A stretch of 64,000 nt of DNA from Thermoproteota archaeon (GCA_027491915.1 JAOZGC010000002.1:32001-96000), one strand, 5' to 3'. Counted from the stretch's first letter, positions 48,012 to 58,535 are shown. A program made the numbers and translations. The notes: generated from the sequence alone by a model not told the origin.

Positions 48012-49376
48012 TTACCTCACCCCCGAGGCCCTCCTGAGGCTCTCGATCCTGCTCGGCTCCCCGAGAACCCTGATGAGCGTCCCCCGGCGGAGACTCTCTC
48101 CTTCCTCCGGGATCTTAGATCTCGCCCCCTCCTGGATCGATATAACCCTCAGGCCCCACCTCTCCTCGACCTCTCTCACCGTCAATCCCGAGACCCTCCC
48201 GCCGACGGGGACTATGGAGTAGGCCGGGGCGCCTTCCTCAAACCTCGGCGAGGTGGGCGCCAGGGACTTAAGATCGACGTTCGCCAAGAAATCGGCTATC
48301 CTCTCCCCCGCCCTGCCGTCTCCAAACGGGTTTTTATCAACCCTCAACCTCCCGCGCGTCCTGCCGTATAGAACCCTCCTCACCGCCCCCACTATCCTAT
48401 CCCGCGCCGCGCCGGTCAGGGTTCCCGCGCCGATTTCGAGCATCTCTGGCCTCTCCGTATTGTCCCTCAATATCACGCAGGGGATCCCTAAGGTGGCCGC
48501 CTCCTCCTGTATTCCGCCTGAGTCTGTGGCCACCACCTTTACGCCCAGTAAAAGCGCTAAGAAGTCCAGATAACCCAGCGGCTTGATTATCCTCAAGTGA
48601 TCATACTCCCTCAGCGGCCGCAGAAGGCCCATGGTCTCCAGCCTCCTCTTGGTGTGGGGGTGCATGGGCCACACTATCTTGACCTCGCTCAGGGACCTCA
48701 CGGCCAGGACTATCTCCCTCATCCTCTCGGCCGATCCGAGGTTCTCTCTCCTGTGGACCGTGAGCACCATTGAGATCTCCCTCTTCCCTATCCCCACCTT
48801 ACTCAAGATCCTGTCCGTCCTCTCCCTTGCCCTTGGAAGCATCGCCCTTATCGCGTCGACCACGGTGTTCCCCGTCAGGAGGATCCTCCTCGGAGATATC
48901 CCCTCATCGAGCAAGTTCGCCGCCGCCCTCTCGGTGGGCGCGAAGTCGACCGCCGACACGTGGTCCACCAGCCTCCTGTTTATCTCCTCCGGCATCGTGA
49001 AGTCAAAACTCCTCAGTCCCGCCTCGACGTGAGCAAACGGAATTCCCATCTTGACCGCGGCCAGGGCCGACCCGAGGACGGAATTCGTGTCACCCACCCC
49101 GAGGGCTATGTCTGGGAGCATCTCTCCGAGGATCTCCTCCGCCCTAATCATGGTCTCCGCCGTCTGATAGGATTGAGATCCCGATCCAACCCCCAGATCA
49201 GCCACCGGCCTCGGAAGATCAAACTCCTCGAAGAACACGGCGTTTAACTCCAAGTCGTAATGCTGACCCACGTTCACTATCTCCACATCTTCACCTCTCT
49301 TCTCGAGCTCTTTTATCACGGGAGCCGCCTTGATGATCTCCGGCCTCGTGCCCAGGAAGAACAGGTGCGCGCCCAT
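48012..49376 (-). CDS. wecB: UDP-N-acetylglucosamine 2-epimerase with C-terminal TrkA_C/RCK_C-like domain
   Basis: GTRPEIIK, GQH, GDT, HVEAGLRS, PEE.NR, HRREN, TDSGGIQEEA, TERPE, NPFGDG, then a 70-80 aa extension. Confidence 0.93.
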   Translation of the reverse strand: MGAHLFFLGTRPEIIKAAPVIKELEKRGEDVEIVNVGQHYDLELNAVFFEEFDLPRPVADLGVGSGSQSYQTAETMIRAEEILGEMLPDIALGVGDTNSVLGSALAAVKMGIPFAHVEAGLRSFDFTMPEEINRRLVDHVSAVDFAPTERAAANLLDEGISPRRILLTGNTVVDAIRAMLPRARERTDRILSKVGIGKREISMVLTVHRRENLGSAERMREIVLAVRSLSEVKIVWPMHPHTKRRLETMGLLRPLREYDHLRIIKPLGYLDFLALLLGVKVVATDSGGIQEEAATLGIPCVILRDNTERPEMLEIGAGTLTGAARDRIVGAVRRVLYGRTRGRLRVDKNPFGDGRAGERIADFLANVDLKSLAPTSPRFEEGAPAYSIVPVGGRVSGLTVREVEERWGLRVISIQEGARSKIPEEGESLRRGTLIRVLGEPSRIESLRRASGVR

Positions 49377-49442
49377 CGGACGTCGCCCCTGCCTGTCACT
49401 TTTTTTAAAGTCCCCGGAGACCGCCCCGAGAGGTGGGGGCCG

Positions 49443-51821
49443 GTGCTCACACCAGAACCGATGGTTAGGTTCTACGCGTACACCACGAGGGCTTCGCGGA
49501 GAAATCTGGCCGAGGCGCTGGTGGAGTTCGGTGAGGTCCACGTGGAAAGGCCAGAATGGATCCCGGGGGTCTCCCCTCCCAAGGACGTCAAGGTAGAGAC
49601 CCTTAATCTCTACAGGTCGTTGAGGGAGGTGCTGGACAGGGTGGTCTCCCTGGGAATAACCCCGGGAGAGGCCGCCGGAGGGGCGAGCCGGGCGGAGGCC
49701 GAGGATCTCAGGAGGGAGGCCGAATCTCTAATATCTTCTCTTTTGGAGGAGGAAAAGAAGTTAGAATTGGCAAAAAAGGCAAAATCAATCATTAAAGATA
49801 GAGAAAAAAGAAAAGAAGTTTTGGAAGAGAGGCTCAGGAGATTGGAGGAGGCCATAAGCTCCTACTATGAGGTGGCCGCCAGGGTGATAGCAGAGGAGCC
49901 AGAGAAGCTTAGGTTGGGTAGGATCCTGTTGGACATGGAGAGGGAAATATCGGCCATCTCCTCAGCCCTGAGGATCTGCTCAGATCCTTCCACCAGCACC
50001 TCGGATGCCAGGGAACTCCTAACCTCGGCAACGGAGCACCTGGATATCTTGCGCACCCTGATGAGGGACGTCTTCCCACACGTCCCCCATGCGATTTACG
50101 AGGAGATGGAGGAGATGGTCGACAGGGCGGCGGACAGGCTGTCATCTGCCCTGAGAGAGGTGAACAGGGCGCTCAAGAGGGAGGACGAGATCTCCGAGAT
50201 GAGGCTCGTCGAGGGCATGTGGAAGCGAATAGAGGAGTCTTCCAAGAGGATAGTGGCCCTCTCTCCCCTCGTTGTCGGCGAGTCCAGGATGTCAGAGCTG
50301 AGGGCTAAAATAGAGGAGATGGAGGCTGAGAAGGACTCCCTCCTGGCCGCAGCCCGGAGCGAGATAGAGGCGGCCGCCGGCCTTGTTAGGGAGCTCGCGA
50401 GCAGGTTCGCCTCCGTGAGGAAAAATCTCATATCCATAGAGGCGGTTGAGGTGGGGGAGGCCGAGAGGAGGCTCTCCGATGTGATCAGTGAGGCCCAACC
50501 TATCTATCTCGAGATCCAGAAGATAGAGGCCGAGTTGGAGGAGCTCTCCGAAGCCGCCTCCCCCCGATTTGTGAGGAGGGCCAGGGAGGAGAGGGACCTC
50601 ATCAGGAAGAAACTCGCCGCCGTTTCGGCCCGCATAGTGGCCCTCATGATGGATCTGAGATCGGAGGCGGCCGCAGAGAAGCTGGAATCCGACTTCCTGA
50701 TGGAGGGGGAGCACATGGTCGTGGCCGCCGGCTGGGTGCCGAGGGACAGGGCCGGCGACCTAGAGGGTCTACTGAGGGAGAGGCTCTCCGGATTTGTGGC
50801 CGTGGAGTTCGAGCCCCCGGAGGAGGAATCTAGGCCGCCCACCCTGGTGAGGCTGAAGAAGATATTCGAGCCCTTCAGGCTGCTGACTCACAAGATGTAC
50901 GGTCTACCATCCCCCAACGAGATGGATCCGACCCCGCTGGTATCCTTCCTCTTCCCGCTGATGTTCGGTTTCATGTACGGCGATCTAGGTCACGGCATCG
51001 CGCTGGCCCTCTTCGGGCTGATCGTCAGGGTGAGATCCGGTTCCGAGACCATGAGGGACTTCGGGGGGGTTCTCCTCTACAGCGGAATCGCGGCCTCCGT
51101 GTTCGGCGCCGCGTACGGCGAGCTCTTCTTCCTGAGGCTCCCCTACGAGCCGATGCTCCCTCCCCCGGTGGAGAACCCCATAGCCCTCTCCGGACTGGCG
51201 GTCATGGTCGGGGCGGCCGAGCTCTCCCTCGCCTTCCTCCTCGAGGGGATCAACAGGCTCATTTCCAGGGAGACCGCGGCCGCCCTGCTGGAGTTCAAGG
51301 GATTCGCGACCCTCCTCATGTACATCGGGGCGGCATACGCCGTATACAGGAACGGCGGGGACGTGATGTCGACTCTGCGCGACCCGCTCCTCCTGGCCAT
51401 GGCCATCCCGCTTTTCGTGACGGCGGTCTACCCGGTCGTGGAAGCCCGGGCGAGGGGACGCGGAGCGGCCGAAGGGGTGATAGAGGGCTTCATAACGATT
51501 CTGGAGAGCGTCTTGGGGCTGCTGAGCAACTCCCTATCTTATCTGAGGTTGGCCGGGTTCGCGGTGTCCCACGCAGCCTTCGGCCTGTTGGCCTGCGAGA
51601 TGGCCTTCGGAACCCACTGCACCGTCTCCAACATACTGCCCGAGTCCGCAGCCTCCCCGACCGGCCTGCTCATAGTCATATTCTTCAATCTGTTCGCCAT
51701 GGGGATGGAGGGGATGCTCTCCTTCATACAAGCCACTAGGCTCACCTTCTACGAGTTCTTCACCAAGTTCTTCTCCGCCAGCGGAGTCCCTTTCAGGACC
51801 CCGGAGGAGCTGATCGATTGA
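49443..51821 (+). CDS. atpI: A/V-type ATP synthase subunit I (a)
   Basis: AGWVP, YGLPSPNEMDPT, FGFMYGDLGHG, SYLRL (essential Arg), RLTFYEFFTKF. Confidence 0.94.
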   Translation: MLTPEPMVRFYAYTTRASRRNLAEALVEFGEVHVERPEWIPGVSPPKDVKVETLNLYRSLREVLDRVVSLGITPGEAAGGASRAEAEDLRREAESLISSLLEEEKKLELAKKAKSIIKDREKRKEVLEERLRRLEEAISSYYEVAARVIAEEPEKLRLGRILLDMEREISAISSALRICSDPSTSTSDARELLTSATEHLDILRTLMRDVFPHVPHAIYEEMEEMVDRAADRLSSALREVNRALKREDEISEMRLVEGMWKRIEESSKRIVALSPLVVGESRMSELRAKIEEMEAEKDSLLAAARSEIEAAAGLVRELASRFASVRKNLISIEAVEVGEAERRLSDVISEAQPIYLEIQKIEAELEELSEAASPRFVRRAREERDLIRKKLAAVSARIVALMMDLRSEAAAEKLESDFLMEGEHMVVAAGWVPRDRAGDLEGLLRERLSGFVAVEFEPPEEESRPPTLVRLKKIFEPFRLLTHKMYGLPSPNEMDPTPLVSFLFPLMFGFMYGDLGHGIALALFGLIVRVRSGSETMRDFGGVLLYSGIAASVFGAAYGELFFLRLPYEPMLPPPVENPIALSGLAVMVGAAELSLAFLLEGINRLISRETAAALLEFKGFATLLMYIGAAYAVYRNGGDVMSTLRDPLLLAMAIPLFVTAVYPVVEARARGRGAAEGVIEGFITILESVLGLLSNSLSYLRLAGFAVSHAAFGLLACEMAFGTHCTVSNILPESAASPTGLLIVIFFNLFAMGMEGMLSFIQATRLTFYEFFTKFFSASGVPFRTPEELID

Positions 51822-51884
51822 ACGTTCCGTTCAAATCTTTATATGGGATGGCCGTCGCCCCCCGTGGCCACGAGGTGGATCGTG

Positions 51885-52238
51885 ATGACCAAGATCGGCG
51901 GTATTAGGAGGCTCGCCCTCATCACCGTGGTGGCGCTGCCTGCCATCCTCCTGCCCCTGTCAATAAATCAGACGCTTACTCTGGCCGCCCAGCCGGAGGT
52001 GAGCGGGTCCCCGCCGGGCGGAGATTCCAGGGGCCTGGCCTTCCTGGGGGCCGCGGTGGCCGTCCTGGGGAGCACCATAGGAGCGGGTATAGCGCTGTAC
52101 GGGGTGGGGGTCGGCGGCAGCGCCCTCCTGGCGGAGAGGCCCGACCAGTTCACCGCCGTGCTCATACTGGGGGGACTATCCGAGGGGGTCGCGATATACG
52201 GGCTGCTGATAGGCATCATGATCCTGGGGAAGATCTAG
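51885..52238 (+). CDS. atpK: A/V-type ATP synthase subunit K (c, proteolipid), single hairpin with N-terminal signal-like segment
   Basis: GAGIA...AERP...LSEGVAIYG. Confidence 0.93.
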   Translation: MTKIGGIRRLALITVVALPAILLPLSINQTLTLAAQPEVSGSPPGGDSRGLAFLGAAVAVLGSTIGAGIALYGVGVGGSALLAERPDQFTAVLILGGLSEGVAIYGLLIGIMILGKI

Positions 52239-52293
52239 ACTAAGACGGTATACAGACCGGATCGTCTCAAACCCCCCACCTTTCATTTTCCTC

Positions 52294-53328
52294 TTATTTT
52301 CCCCTCCCGGCGGCGAGGAGGTCGTAGAGCTCTGGCCCCAGGATCCCGCTCACCCTCCCCAGGAGGAGGGTCTTGAACCTGGTCCACTCCCACTCACACT
52401 CTACGACGTACCACAGAACGTATGGTTTGTCTAGGGGATATCTGGAGGCGACCCTCCTTGTCCTCCCGACCGCGTCCCTGAAAAGGGCCAGCTCCATCAC
52501 CCACGGTTCACCCACCCTCTTCAGGCTGTCCAACATTAACAGAGCCGCCGACTTGTACTCTTCCAGACCGGACAGCCTGGTTATGGCATCCTCCAGATCT
52601 CCCGCCTCGAATACCGCCCTCAGGGCGTGCCCTCCTATCTTTCCCCTGAAGAGCTCGGAGAACCCTTTGACGTCCCTCCCCTCATAGTGCAGCTTCAGGG
52701 CGATCGCGAGCAGCCTTCTCTCCACGATTTCCCTGAGCACCCCCTCGGTTCTCGCGTCCCCGGTCGCCGCGGCGGCCTTATTTACCATCTCCCCGTGGGC
52801 GGTCTCGAGTCGAACGTCGAGCCTGGAGAGGTCCTCCCCATCCGAAGATCTCCAACTCTCCAGCGCCGACCTGACCTCGGCCTCTCTCACGAGCTGAACC
52901 AACTCTCCCAGATCCTCCGCCTTGGAGAGCACCCCAACATCCAAGAGGAACCCGCTCAGGGGGAGCATAGCCCCCTCTATCTCGCCCTTCCTCCCGGCCA
53001 TCAGGGCGTACACAATCCTCCTCAGATTCTCCAGGTCGTACCTGGCCGAGTAAACCCTTATGAGCCTCCTGAGGGGATCCGAAGTTAGAGATATTATCCT
53101 CCTGACTCTGAGGCCGAACACCCTGGCGGAGTTCCTTTCTATAGCTTTAGGATCCCTCAGATCCTCAGGAGAATCGAAGAACGGTCCGTACTCGGTGTTC
53201 GCCAGCTCTGAGAGCAGCCTCGAGTCGTCCTCTATCAGGGCCCAGGACCTGAGCCTGTCCTCTGGTATGAGGTGGGTCCCCAGCCCATGGGCCCTTACCA
53301 CAACGTACGTGGATCTGCCGGAGGGCAA
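52294..53328 (-). CDS. atpC: A/V-type ATP synthase subunit C
   Basis: YVVVRAHG...LANTEYG...YDLENL...EWEW; operon context. Confidence 0.82.
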   Translation of the reverse strand: MPSGRSTYVVVRAHGLGTHLIPEDRLRSWALIEDDSRLLSELANTEYGPFFDSPEDLRDPKAIERNSARVFGLRVRRIISLTSDPLRRLIRVYSARYDLENLRRIVYALMAGRKGEIEGAMLPLSGFLLDVGVLSKAEDLGELVQLVREAEVRSALESWRSSDGEDLSRLDVRLETAHGEMVNKAAAATGDARTEGVLREIVERRLLAIALKLHYEGRDVKGFSELFRGKIGGHALRAVFEAGDLEDAITRLSGLEEYKSAALLMLDSLKRVGEPWVMELALFRDAVGRTRRVASRYPLDKPYVLWYVVECEWEWTRFKTLLLGRVSGILGPELYDLLAAGRGK

Positions 53329-53955
53329 TCACTCACCTCTCTTGAGAACCCTGTACTTCTTCACCCTGAGAAACTCCTCCAGCCCTTCCTCCTCCAGGGA
53401 CTCCTCTATGTACCTTATGGCTTCCTCGTGCTCTGGTATCACCAGCTTCTCGAGAGAGTTGACCTTCCTCATGGTCTCGGCGAGATTCGAGGCTATCCTC
53501 TCGAACTTGGCCTCCACGTTGGCCACCCTTATCATCTCGTTGATCGCGTCGGCAAGCTTCCTCGCGGCCGCGATGACGGCCGCGTCCATGCTCGGTGTCG
53601 TCCTGACTTCCAGCGCCTCGACCTCCACCTCCGGCACCTCCACTCCTATCACGCTCCTCACCCTCATCTTGGTCTTCATGGGCCTGCTCAGCAGGGCGAC
53701 CTTCTTGGCCTCCCCGGGGCCGGCCGCGGCGAAGGCCATCCGGAGCATCTCGTAGGCCTCCACGAATCTGGCCTCGGCCTTTTCCCTCTTCCTGATCTCG
53801 GGGAGGAGGCCCTGGGCCTCCTTTATCAGCTGGTCCCTCTTCATCTTCAGGGCCTCGACCCCTCTCCTCAGGAAGCCGACCCTCTCCCTGAGCATTATCA
53901 GGAAACCCTTGGTGGCCACGATCCTGCCAACGGACTTGAAGGCCACTTCCCCCAC
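53329..53955 (-). CDS. atpD: A/V-type ATP synthase subunit D
   Basis: LKMKRD, GVEVP, RKVNSLEKLVIP, EEFLRVK. Confidence 0.94.
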   Translation of the reverse strand: MGEVAFKSVGRIVATKGFLIMLRERVGFLRRGVEALKMKRDQLIKEAQGLLPEIRKREKAEARFVEAYEMLRMAFAAAGPGEAKKVALLSRPMKTKMRVRSVIGVEVPEVEVEALEVRTTPSMDAAVIAAARKLADAINEMIRVANVEAKFERIASNLAETMRKVNSLEKLVIPEHEEAIRYIEESLEEEGLEEFLRVKKYRVLKRGE

Positions 53956-53986
53956 CCGCCCGACGTCCGGTCGGTTTACCGCGATC

Positions 53987-55390
53987 TTATTCTCCCCCAG
54001 TCGGGGGCTTCCTCCTCGGGTGGTACTTCTCCAGGGTCCGGTCGCTTATTCTCGTGAGTTCGGTCTCGGGCAGCAGGGATATTATCCTCCAGGCTATGTT
54101 CAGGGTCTCCTCTATAGGCCTCCTCTCCTTATACCCCTGGGCCACGAACTCCGTCTCGAACCTCTTGGCGAATTCCAGGTAGGTCCTCTCCCTCTCGCTG
54201 AGCCCGGCCTCCCCTATTATCTGAACGAGCTCCCTGGCCCTCGTCCCCTCTTTATAGGCGGAGTACATCTGGTCGGCGACCTCCTTGTGATCCTCCCTGG
54301 TCTTGCCCCTGCCTATGCCGTCCTTCATCAACCTGCTCAGGCTCGGGAGGACGTTTATCGGCGGGTATATCCCCCTGTTGTTCAGGTCGAAATCCAGGAA
54401 GATCTGTCCCTCCGTTATGTAGCCGGTCAGGTCCGGTATGGGGTGGGTTAGATCCCCACCCGGCATCGTGAGGATCGGCATCATCGTGATGGATCCGGGC
54501 CTGCCCTTTATCCGCCCGGCCCTCTCGTAGATGCTGGCCAGGTCGCTGTACATGTATCCTGGGTACCCCTTCCTGCTGGGCACCTCCTCCCTGGCCGCGC
54601 TGAGCTCCCTCAGGGCCTCGCAGTAGTTGGTCATGTCGGTGAGTATCACCAGGACGTCCATGCCCTGGTCGAAGGCCAGGTATTCGGCGGCCGTCAGGGC
54701 CACCCTGGGCGTTGTTATCCTCTCTATCACCGGATCGTTGGCCAGATTGAGGAAGAGCACCGATCTGCTCAGGGCGCCGAACTTCTCGAACTCCCTCCTG
54801 AAGAAGAGCACCTCGTCGTGCTTCAACCCTATGGCCGCGAAGACTATCGCGAACCTCTCCTCCTTACCGGGAACTATCGCCTGCCTCGCTATCTGGGTCG
54901 CCACGTGATTGTGGGGCAGCCCGGATTCCGAGAATATGGGGAGCTTCTGACCCCTTACCAGACTGAGCATGCCGTCTATCGCCGATATCCCCGTCTCTAC
55001 GAACTCGTCGGGATAGTCCCTCATGGTCGGGTTGATCGGGGCGCCGTTTATGTCTCTCCTCTCCTCGGCCCTGACTGGAGGTCCCCCGTCTATGGGGACG
55101 CCCGAGCCGTTGAACACCCTGCCCAGGATCTCCATGGAGACCGGCAGCCTCAGGGGCTCGCCGGTGAACTTCACCAGGGAGCTCACATCTAGCCCCTCGG
55201 TGTCTCCCAATATCTGGATCACGGTGGAGTCGGAGGTCACCTCCAGAACCTGCCCCAGCCACTCCCTGCCGTCCTCCGAGTACACCCTGACGACCTCGTC
55301 GTAAGAGGCCTCGGGCACGCTCCTCATGACGACCAGGGGCCCCTTGACGGCCTTTATTCCCCTATAGGTCAGCCCGTAGATCTGGCTCAT
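53987..55390 (-). CDS. atpB: A/V-type ATP synthase subunit B
   Basis: [50 protein letters not shown]. Confidence 0.97.
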   Translation of the reverse strand: MSQIYGLTYRGIKAVKGPLVVMRSVPEASYDEVVRVYSEDGREWLGQVLEVTSDSTVIQILGDTEGLDVSSLVKFTGEPLRLPVSMEILGRVFNGSGVPIDGGPPVRAEERRDINGAPINPTMRDYPDEFVETGISAIDGMLSLVRGQKLPIFSESGLPHNHVATQIARQAIVPGKEERFAIVFAAIGLKHDEVLFFRREFEKFGALSRSVLFLNLANDPVIERITTPRVALTAAEYLAFDQGMDVLVILTDMTNYCEALRELSAAREEVPSRKGYPGYMYSDLASIYERAGRIKGRPGSITMMPILTMPGGDLTHPIPDLTGYITEGQIFLDFDLNNRGIYPPINVLPSLSRLMKDGIGRGKTREDHKEVADQMYSAYKEGTRARELVQIIGEAGLSERERTYLEFAKRFETEFVAQGYKERRPIEETLNIAWRIISLLPETELTRISDRTLEKYHPRRKPPTGGE

Positions 55391-57195
55391 GCCCTCACCT
55401 CCGCCATCAGGCTCGAGGCCTCGGCCTCCAGCCTGGAGACCGCCTCATCCAGCGCGGAGTCGAACTCCTCGGGGGGGACGAACTTCAACCTCCTGAGCGC
55501 CCCCAGCGACTTCATCCCCTGTATCGCCGACATCGGAACGCCGGCGTCCACCAAGGGCCTCAACCTGTCGTAGAACTCGGTGAACACCTTGAGCATGAGA
55601 GCCTGCTTCCTCGGGGGGCAGAAGGTGTCCACCTCGTGGTAGGCGTTCTGGACCAAGAACCCCTCTTTTATCAACTCGGCCGCCAGCAGGACCAACCTGT
55701 TCTCGTCGCTCAGGGCGGCCTCCCCCACCACCCTAGCGACCTCCTCGAGGCTCGACGCCCTCTGGAGAAGGGCCATCGCCTTGTCCCTGTACTCCATCAT
55801 GTCTTGTCCGGTCTCGGACAGCCACCAGTTTCTAAGGCCCTCCAGATACTTGGAGAAACTCCTGAGCCAATTTATGGCCGGGAAGTGCCTCTTGAACGCG
55901 AGGTCCTTGTCCAGCGCCCAGAACGCGCCCACGTATCTCATCGTGTGCTGGGTCACAGGTTCGTTGAAGTCCCCGCCTGACGGGCTGACCGCCCCTATTA
56001 TAGCCACCGAACCGACCTCATCCCGGTTCGAGCCAAGCACCCTAACCCTGCCGGCCCTCTCGTAGAAGGAAGCTATGAAGTCCGGCAGGTAGGCTGGGAA
56101 TCCCCTCTCAGATGGTATCTCTTCTAGTCTGGAGCTCAGCTCCCTGAGGGCCTCGGCCCACCTGCTGGTGGAGTCGGCCGTGAGCACCACGTGGAGGCCC
56201 ATGTCCCTGAAGTACTCCGCGTAGGTCACGCCTATGAAGATGCTGGCCTCCCTGGCCGGGACGGGCATGTTGCTGGTGTTCGCTATGAGGACGCTCCTCT
56301 CCATGAGCGGGCGGCCGGTCTTAGGATCAACTAGCTTCGGGAAGGTGTGCAGGAGGTCGGTCATCTCGTTTCCCCTCTCCCCACACCCGACGTACACCAC
56401 CACGTCCGCGTCTGCCCACTTCGACACCTGGTGCAGGGTGACCGTCTTTCCGGTGCCGAATCCCCCGGGTATGGCCACTGCTCCTCCCTTGACGGCCGGG
56501 AAGAAGGTGTCTATCACCCTCTGCCCGGTCACCAAGAGCTCGCTCGGGTCGAGTTTCTCCTTGAAGGGCCTGGGGATCCTGACCGGCCACCTGTGGTGCA
56601 TCTTCAGGTCTTCTCTCCCCCCGGGACCGGATAGGGTGGCGACCACCTCCTCCACGGTGTAGTCCCCCTCCGGGGCCACGTACTCAGCCCTGCCCCCGGC
56701 GGATCCGGGCGGCACCATTATCTTGTGCTCTATGGCCCCCTCCATCACCGTGCCTATCACGTCGCCCGGAGTGAGGGCGTCTCCCTGGGACGCCTTGGGA
56801 ACGAAGTGCCACACCTTGTCCCTGGGGAGTGTTGGCACCTCTATCCCCCTGGTTATGAAGGGCCCACCGGCCTCCTCGGCTATCCTCTTCAAGGGGCGCC
56901 CCAGGCCGTCCAGCACCAACCCCAGGAGGCCCGGCCCGAGCTCGGCGGACAGGGGCTCTCCGGTTCTCTTCACCGGCTCGCCCACCCTCATCCCGCTGGT
57001 CGGCTCGTAAACCTGGATTACTGCGACGTCCCCCCTTATCCTGACTATCTCCCCAATGAGCTCCTCCTCCCCGACTCGGACGATCTCCCTTATCTTTGCC
57101 CCTCTCATGCGATCCGCGGCGACCACCGGCCCCTTCACCTGAATGATCCGTCCGACGGCGGTTTCCTCCTCCCCCTCTCCCACAATCCGCTGCAT
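55387..57195 (-). CDS. atpA: A/V-type ATP synthase subunit A (no intein)
   Basis: [38 protein letters not shown]. Confidence 0.97.
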   Translation of the reverse strand: MQRIVGEGEEETAVGRIIQVKGPVVAADRMRGAKIREIVRVGEEELIGEIVRIRGDVAVIQVYEPTSGMRVGEPVKRTGEPLSAELGPGLLGLVLDGLGRPLKRIAEEAGGPFITRGIEVPTLPRDKVWHFVPKASQGDALTPGDVIGTVMEGAIEHKIMVPPGSAGGRAEYVAPEGDYTVEEVVATLSGPGGREDLKMHHRWPVRIPRPFKEKLDPSELLVTGQRVIDTFFPAVKGGAVAIPGGFGTGKTVTLHQVSKWADADVVVYVGCGERGNEMTDLLHTFPKLVDPKTGRPLMERSVLIANTSNMPVPAREASIFIGVTYAEYFRDMGLHVVLTADSTSRWAEALRELSSRLEEIPSERGFPAYLPDFIASFYERAGRVRVLGSNRDEVGSVAIIGAVSPSGGDFNEPVTQHTMRYVGAFWALDKDLAFKRHFPAINWLRSFSKYLEGLRNWWLSETGQDMMEYRDKAMALLQRASSLEEVARVVGEAALSDENRLVLLAAELIKEGFLVQNAYHEVDTFCPPRKQALMLKVFTEFYDRLRPLVDAGVPMSAIQGMKSLGALRRLKFVPPEEFDSALDEAVSRLEAEASSLMAEVRA

Positions 57196-57201
57196 GGTCC
57201 A

Positions 57202-57834
57202 TCACCCGAACAGGATCTCCAAAATGTCTCCGTATCCCTCCTCCCAGACCCTCCTGAGCCTTCCCTCGAAGGTGTTATAGTACCTCACCGTGTCCTCCTC
57301 GTCCCTCACCACCACGCCCCCTATCGTGTTCAGACCTCGCCGATCGACCTCCACCTTCACGCCCATCTCCTGCTCCAGCTCGGCCGCCACCTCTCTCAGG
57401 ATCTCCAAGTCGGCGTCCCTCCCCATGATCACGACCGACCCAGAATTGATGGATTCGATGGCCTGCCTGGCCAGTCCCTTGATTATCACCCTGTAGTCAT
57501 ATTCGGCCCTCTTGCCGGAAGATACGGCCGCCAGCTCCTCTCTGGCCGCGTCGAACGCCTTCTTGATATACTCTGCCTTGATCCGCATGATGATCTTCTT
57601 CGCCTCCAACTCTGCTGCGCTCTCCCTCCTGCTCAGCTCGTCCCGCATCTCCCTCTCGGCCCTCTCCCTCCTCGACCTGATTATCTCTTCCGCCTGCCTC
57701 CTGGCCTCCTCAACTATCTCTTCCGCCCTGATCCTGGCCTCTTCTATCTTCTCCTCCGCCTTCTGTTTGGCCAACCCGAGTATGGCCGTAACTACGGCCT
57801 CCGCCCGCCCGCCCTCATCTCCCGTCAACCTCAA
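57202..57834 (-). CDS. atpE: A/V-type ATP synthase subunit E
   Basis: N-terminal coiled coil; IGGVVV...YNTFEGRL...ILFG. Confidence 0.9.
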   Translation of the reverse strand: MRLTGDEGGRAEAVVTAILGLAKQKAEEKIEEARIRAEEIVEEARRQAEEIIRSRRERAEREMRDELSRRESAAELEAKKIIMRIKAEYIKKAFDAAREELAAVSSGKRAEYDYRVIIKGLARQAIESINSGSVVIMGRDADLEILREVAAELEQEMGVKVEVDRRGLNTIGGVVVRDEEDTVRYYNTFEGRLRRVWEEGYGDILEILFG

Positions 57835-58117
57835 CCACCTTTCCCACTATGTATCTGACGGCCTGCGGGAGGGATCCGTCGGCCTTCAGCCTGAGCTGCT
57901 CGGCCCTCCTGCTCGCCTCCTCCAGCAGGGCCCTTATCTTTGCCTCCACCTCCCCGGCCACGCTCACCTCTATCGGAGCCTCCCTGGCCTCCCTCAGGAT
58001 CTCTTCAGCCTTGGCCCGCGCCTCTCCGATGATCCTCTCGGCTTCTCTCTCGGCCTGCTCAATGACGGCCTTGGCATCGGCCTCACTCTTCAAGAGGACC
58101 TCTATCAGCCTGGCCAT
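57815..58117 (-). CDS. atpH: A/V-type ATP synthase subunit H (G)
   Basis: About 100-aa E/A/R-rich coiled coil between F and E. Confidence 0.75.
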   Translation of the reverse strand: MARLIEVLLKSEADAKAVIEQAEREAERIIGEARAKAEEILREAREAPIEVSVAGEVEAKIRALLEEASRRAEQLRLKADGSLPQAVRYIVGKVVEVDGR

Positions 58118-58129
58118 TTCGACACCTCC

Positions 58130-58471
58130 TCACACCTTCAGACTTTCGCTCCCGAGGGCCCTTATTAGGAGCTCCCTGAGCTCCCTGAATCTGACCCCCC
58201 TCGGCCCCTCCAGGTCGGGGACGACCGCGAAGACGGGCTTTACCAAACCCATCCTGAGGATCTCCCTCCTATATGGTTCTATCTCCTCATAAACCCTCTC
58301 ATTCACGAAGATCACGTGGGGGACGGAATCTCCCATGTCTCTTAAGAACTTCAGCAGATTCTTCCTCCCCCTGATGACGTGTGGCTCTATCCCGAGCATC
58401 GCGAACCCGAGCGCCAGGATGTCGTCATCCACCAGGGCTATCGGAGAGCCCTCCCCGGAGTCGCGATCCAC
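58130..58471 (-). CDS. atpF: A/V-type ATP synthase subunit F
   Basis: LGFAMLGI...VVPD...LIRALG. Confidence 0.85.
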   Translation of the reverse strand: MDRDSGEGSPIALVDDDILALGFAMLGIEPHVIRGRKNLLKFLRDMGDSVPHVIFVNERVYEEIEPYRREILRMGLVKPVFAVVPDLEGPRGVRFRELRELLIRALGSESLKV

Positions 58472-58535
58472 CCCTCACCCCTCGGCCGACCGGCTCTCTG
58501 CTAATCTATAAAAACCGGGTGCCGGCGGGTGACCT

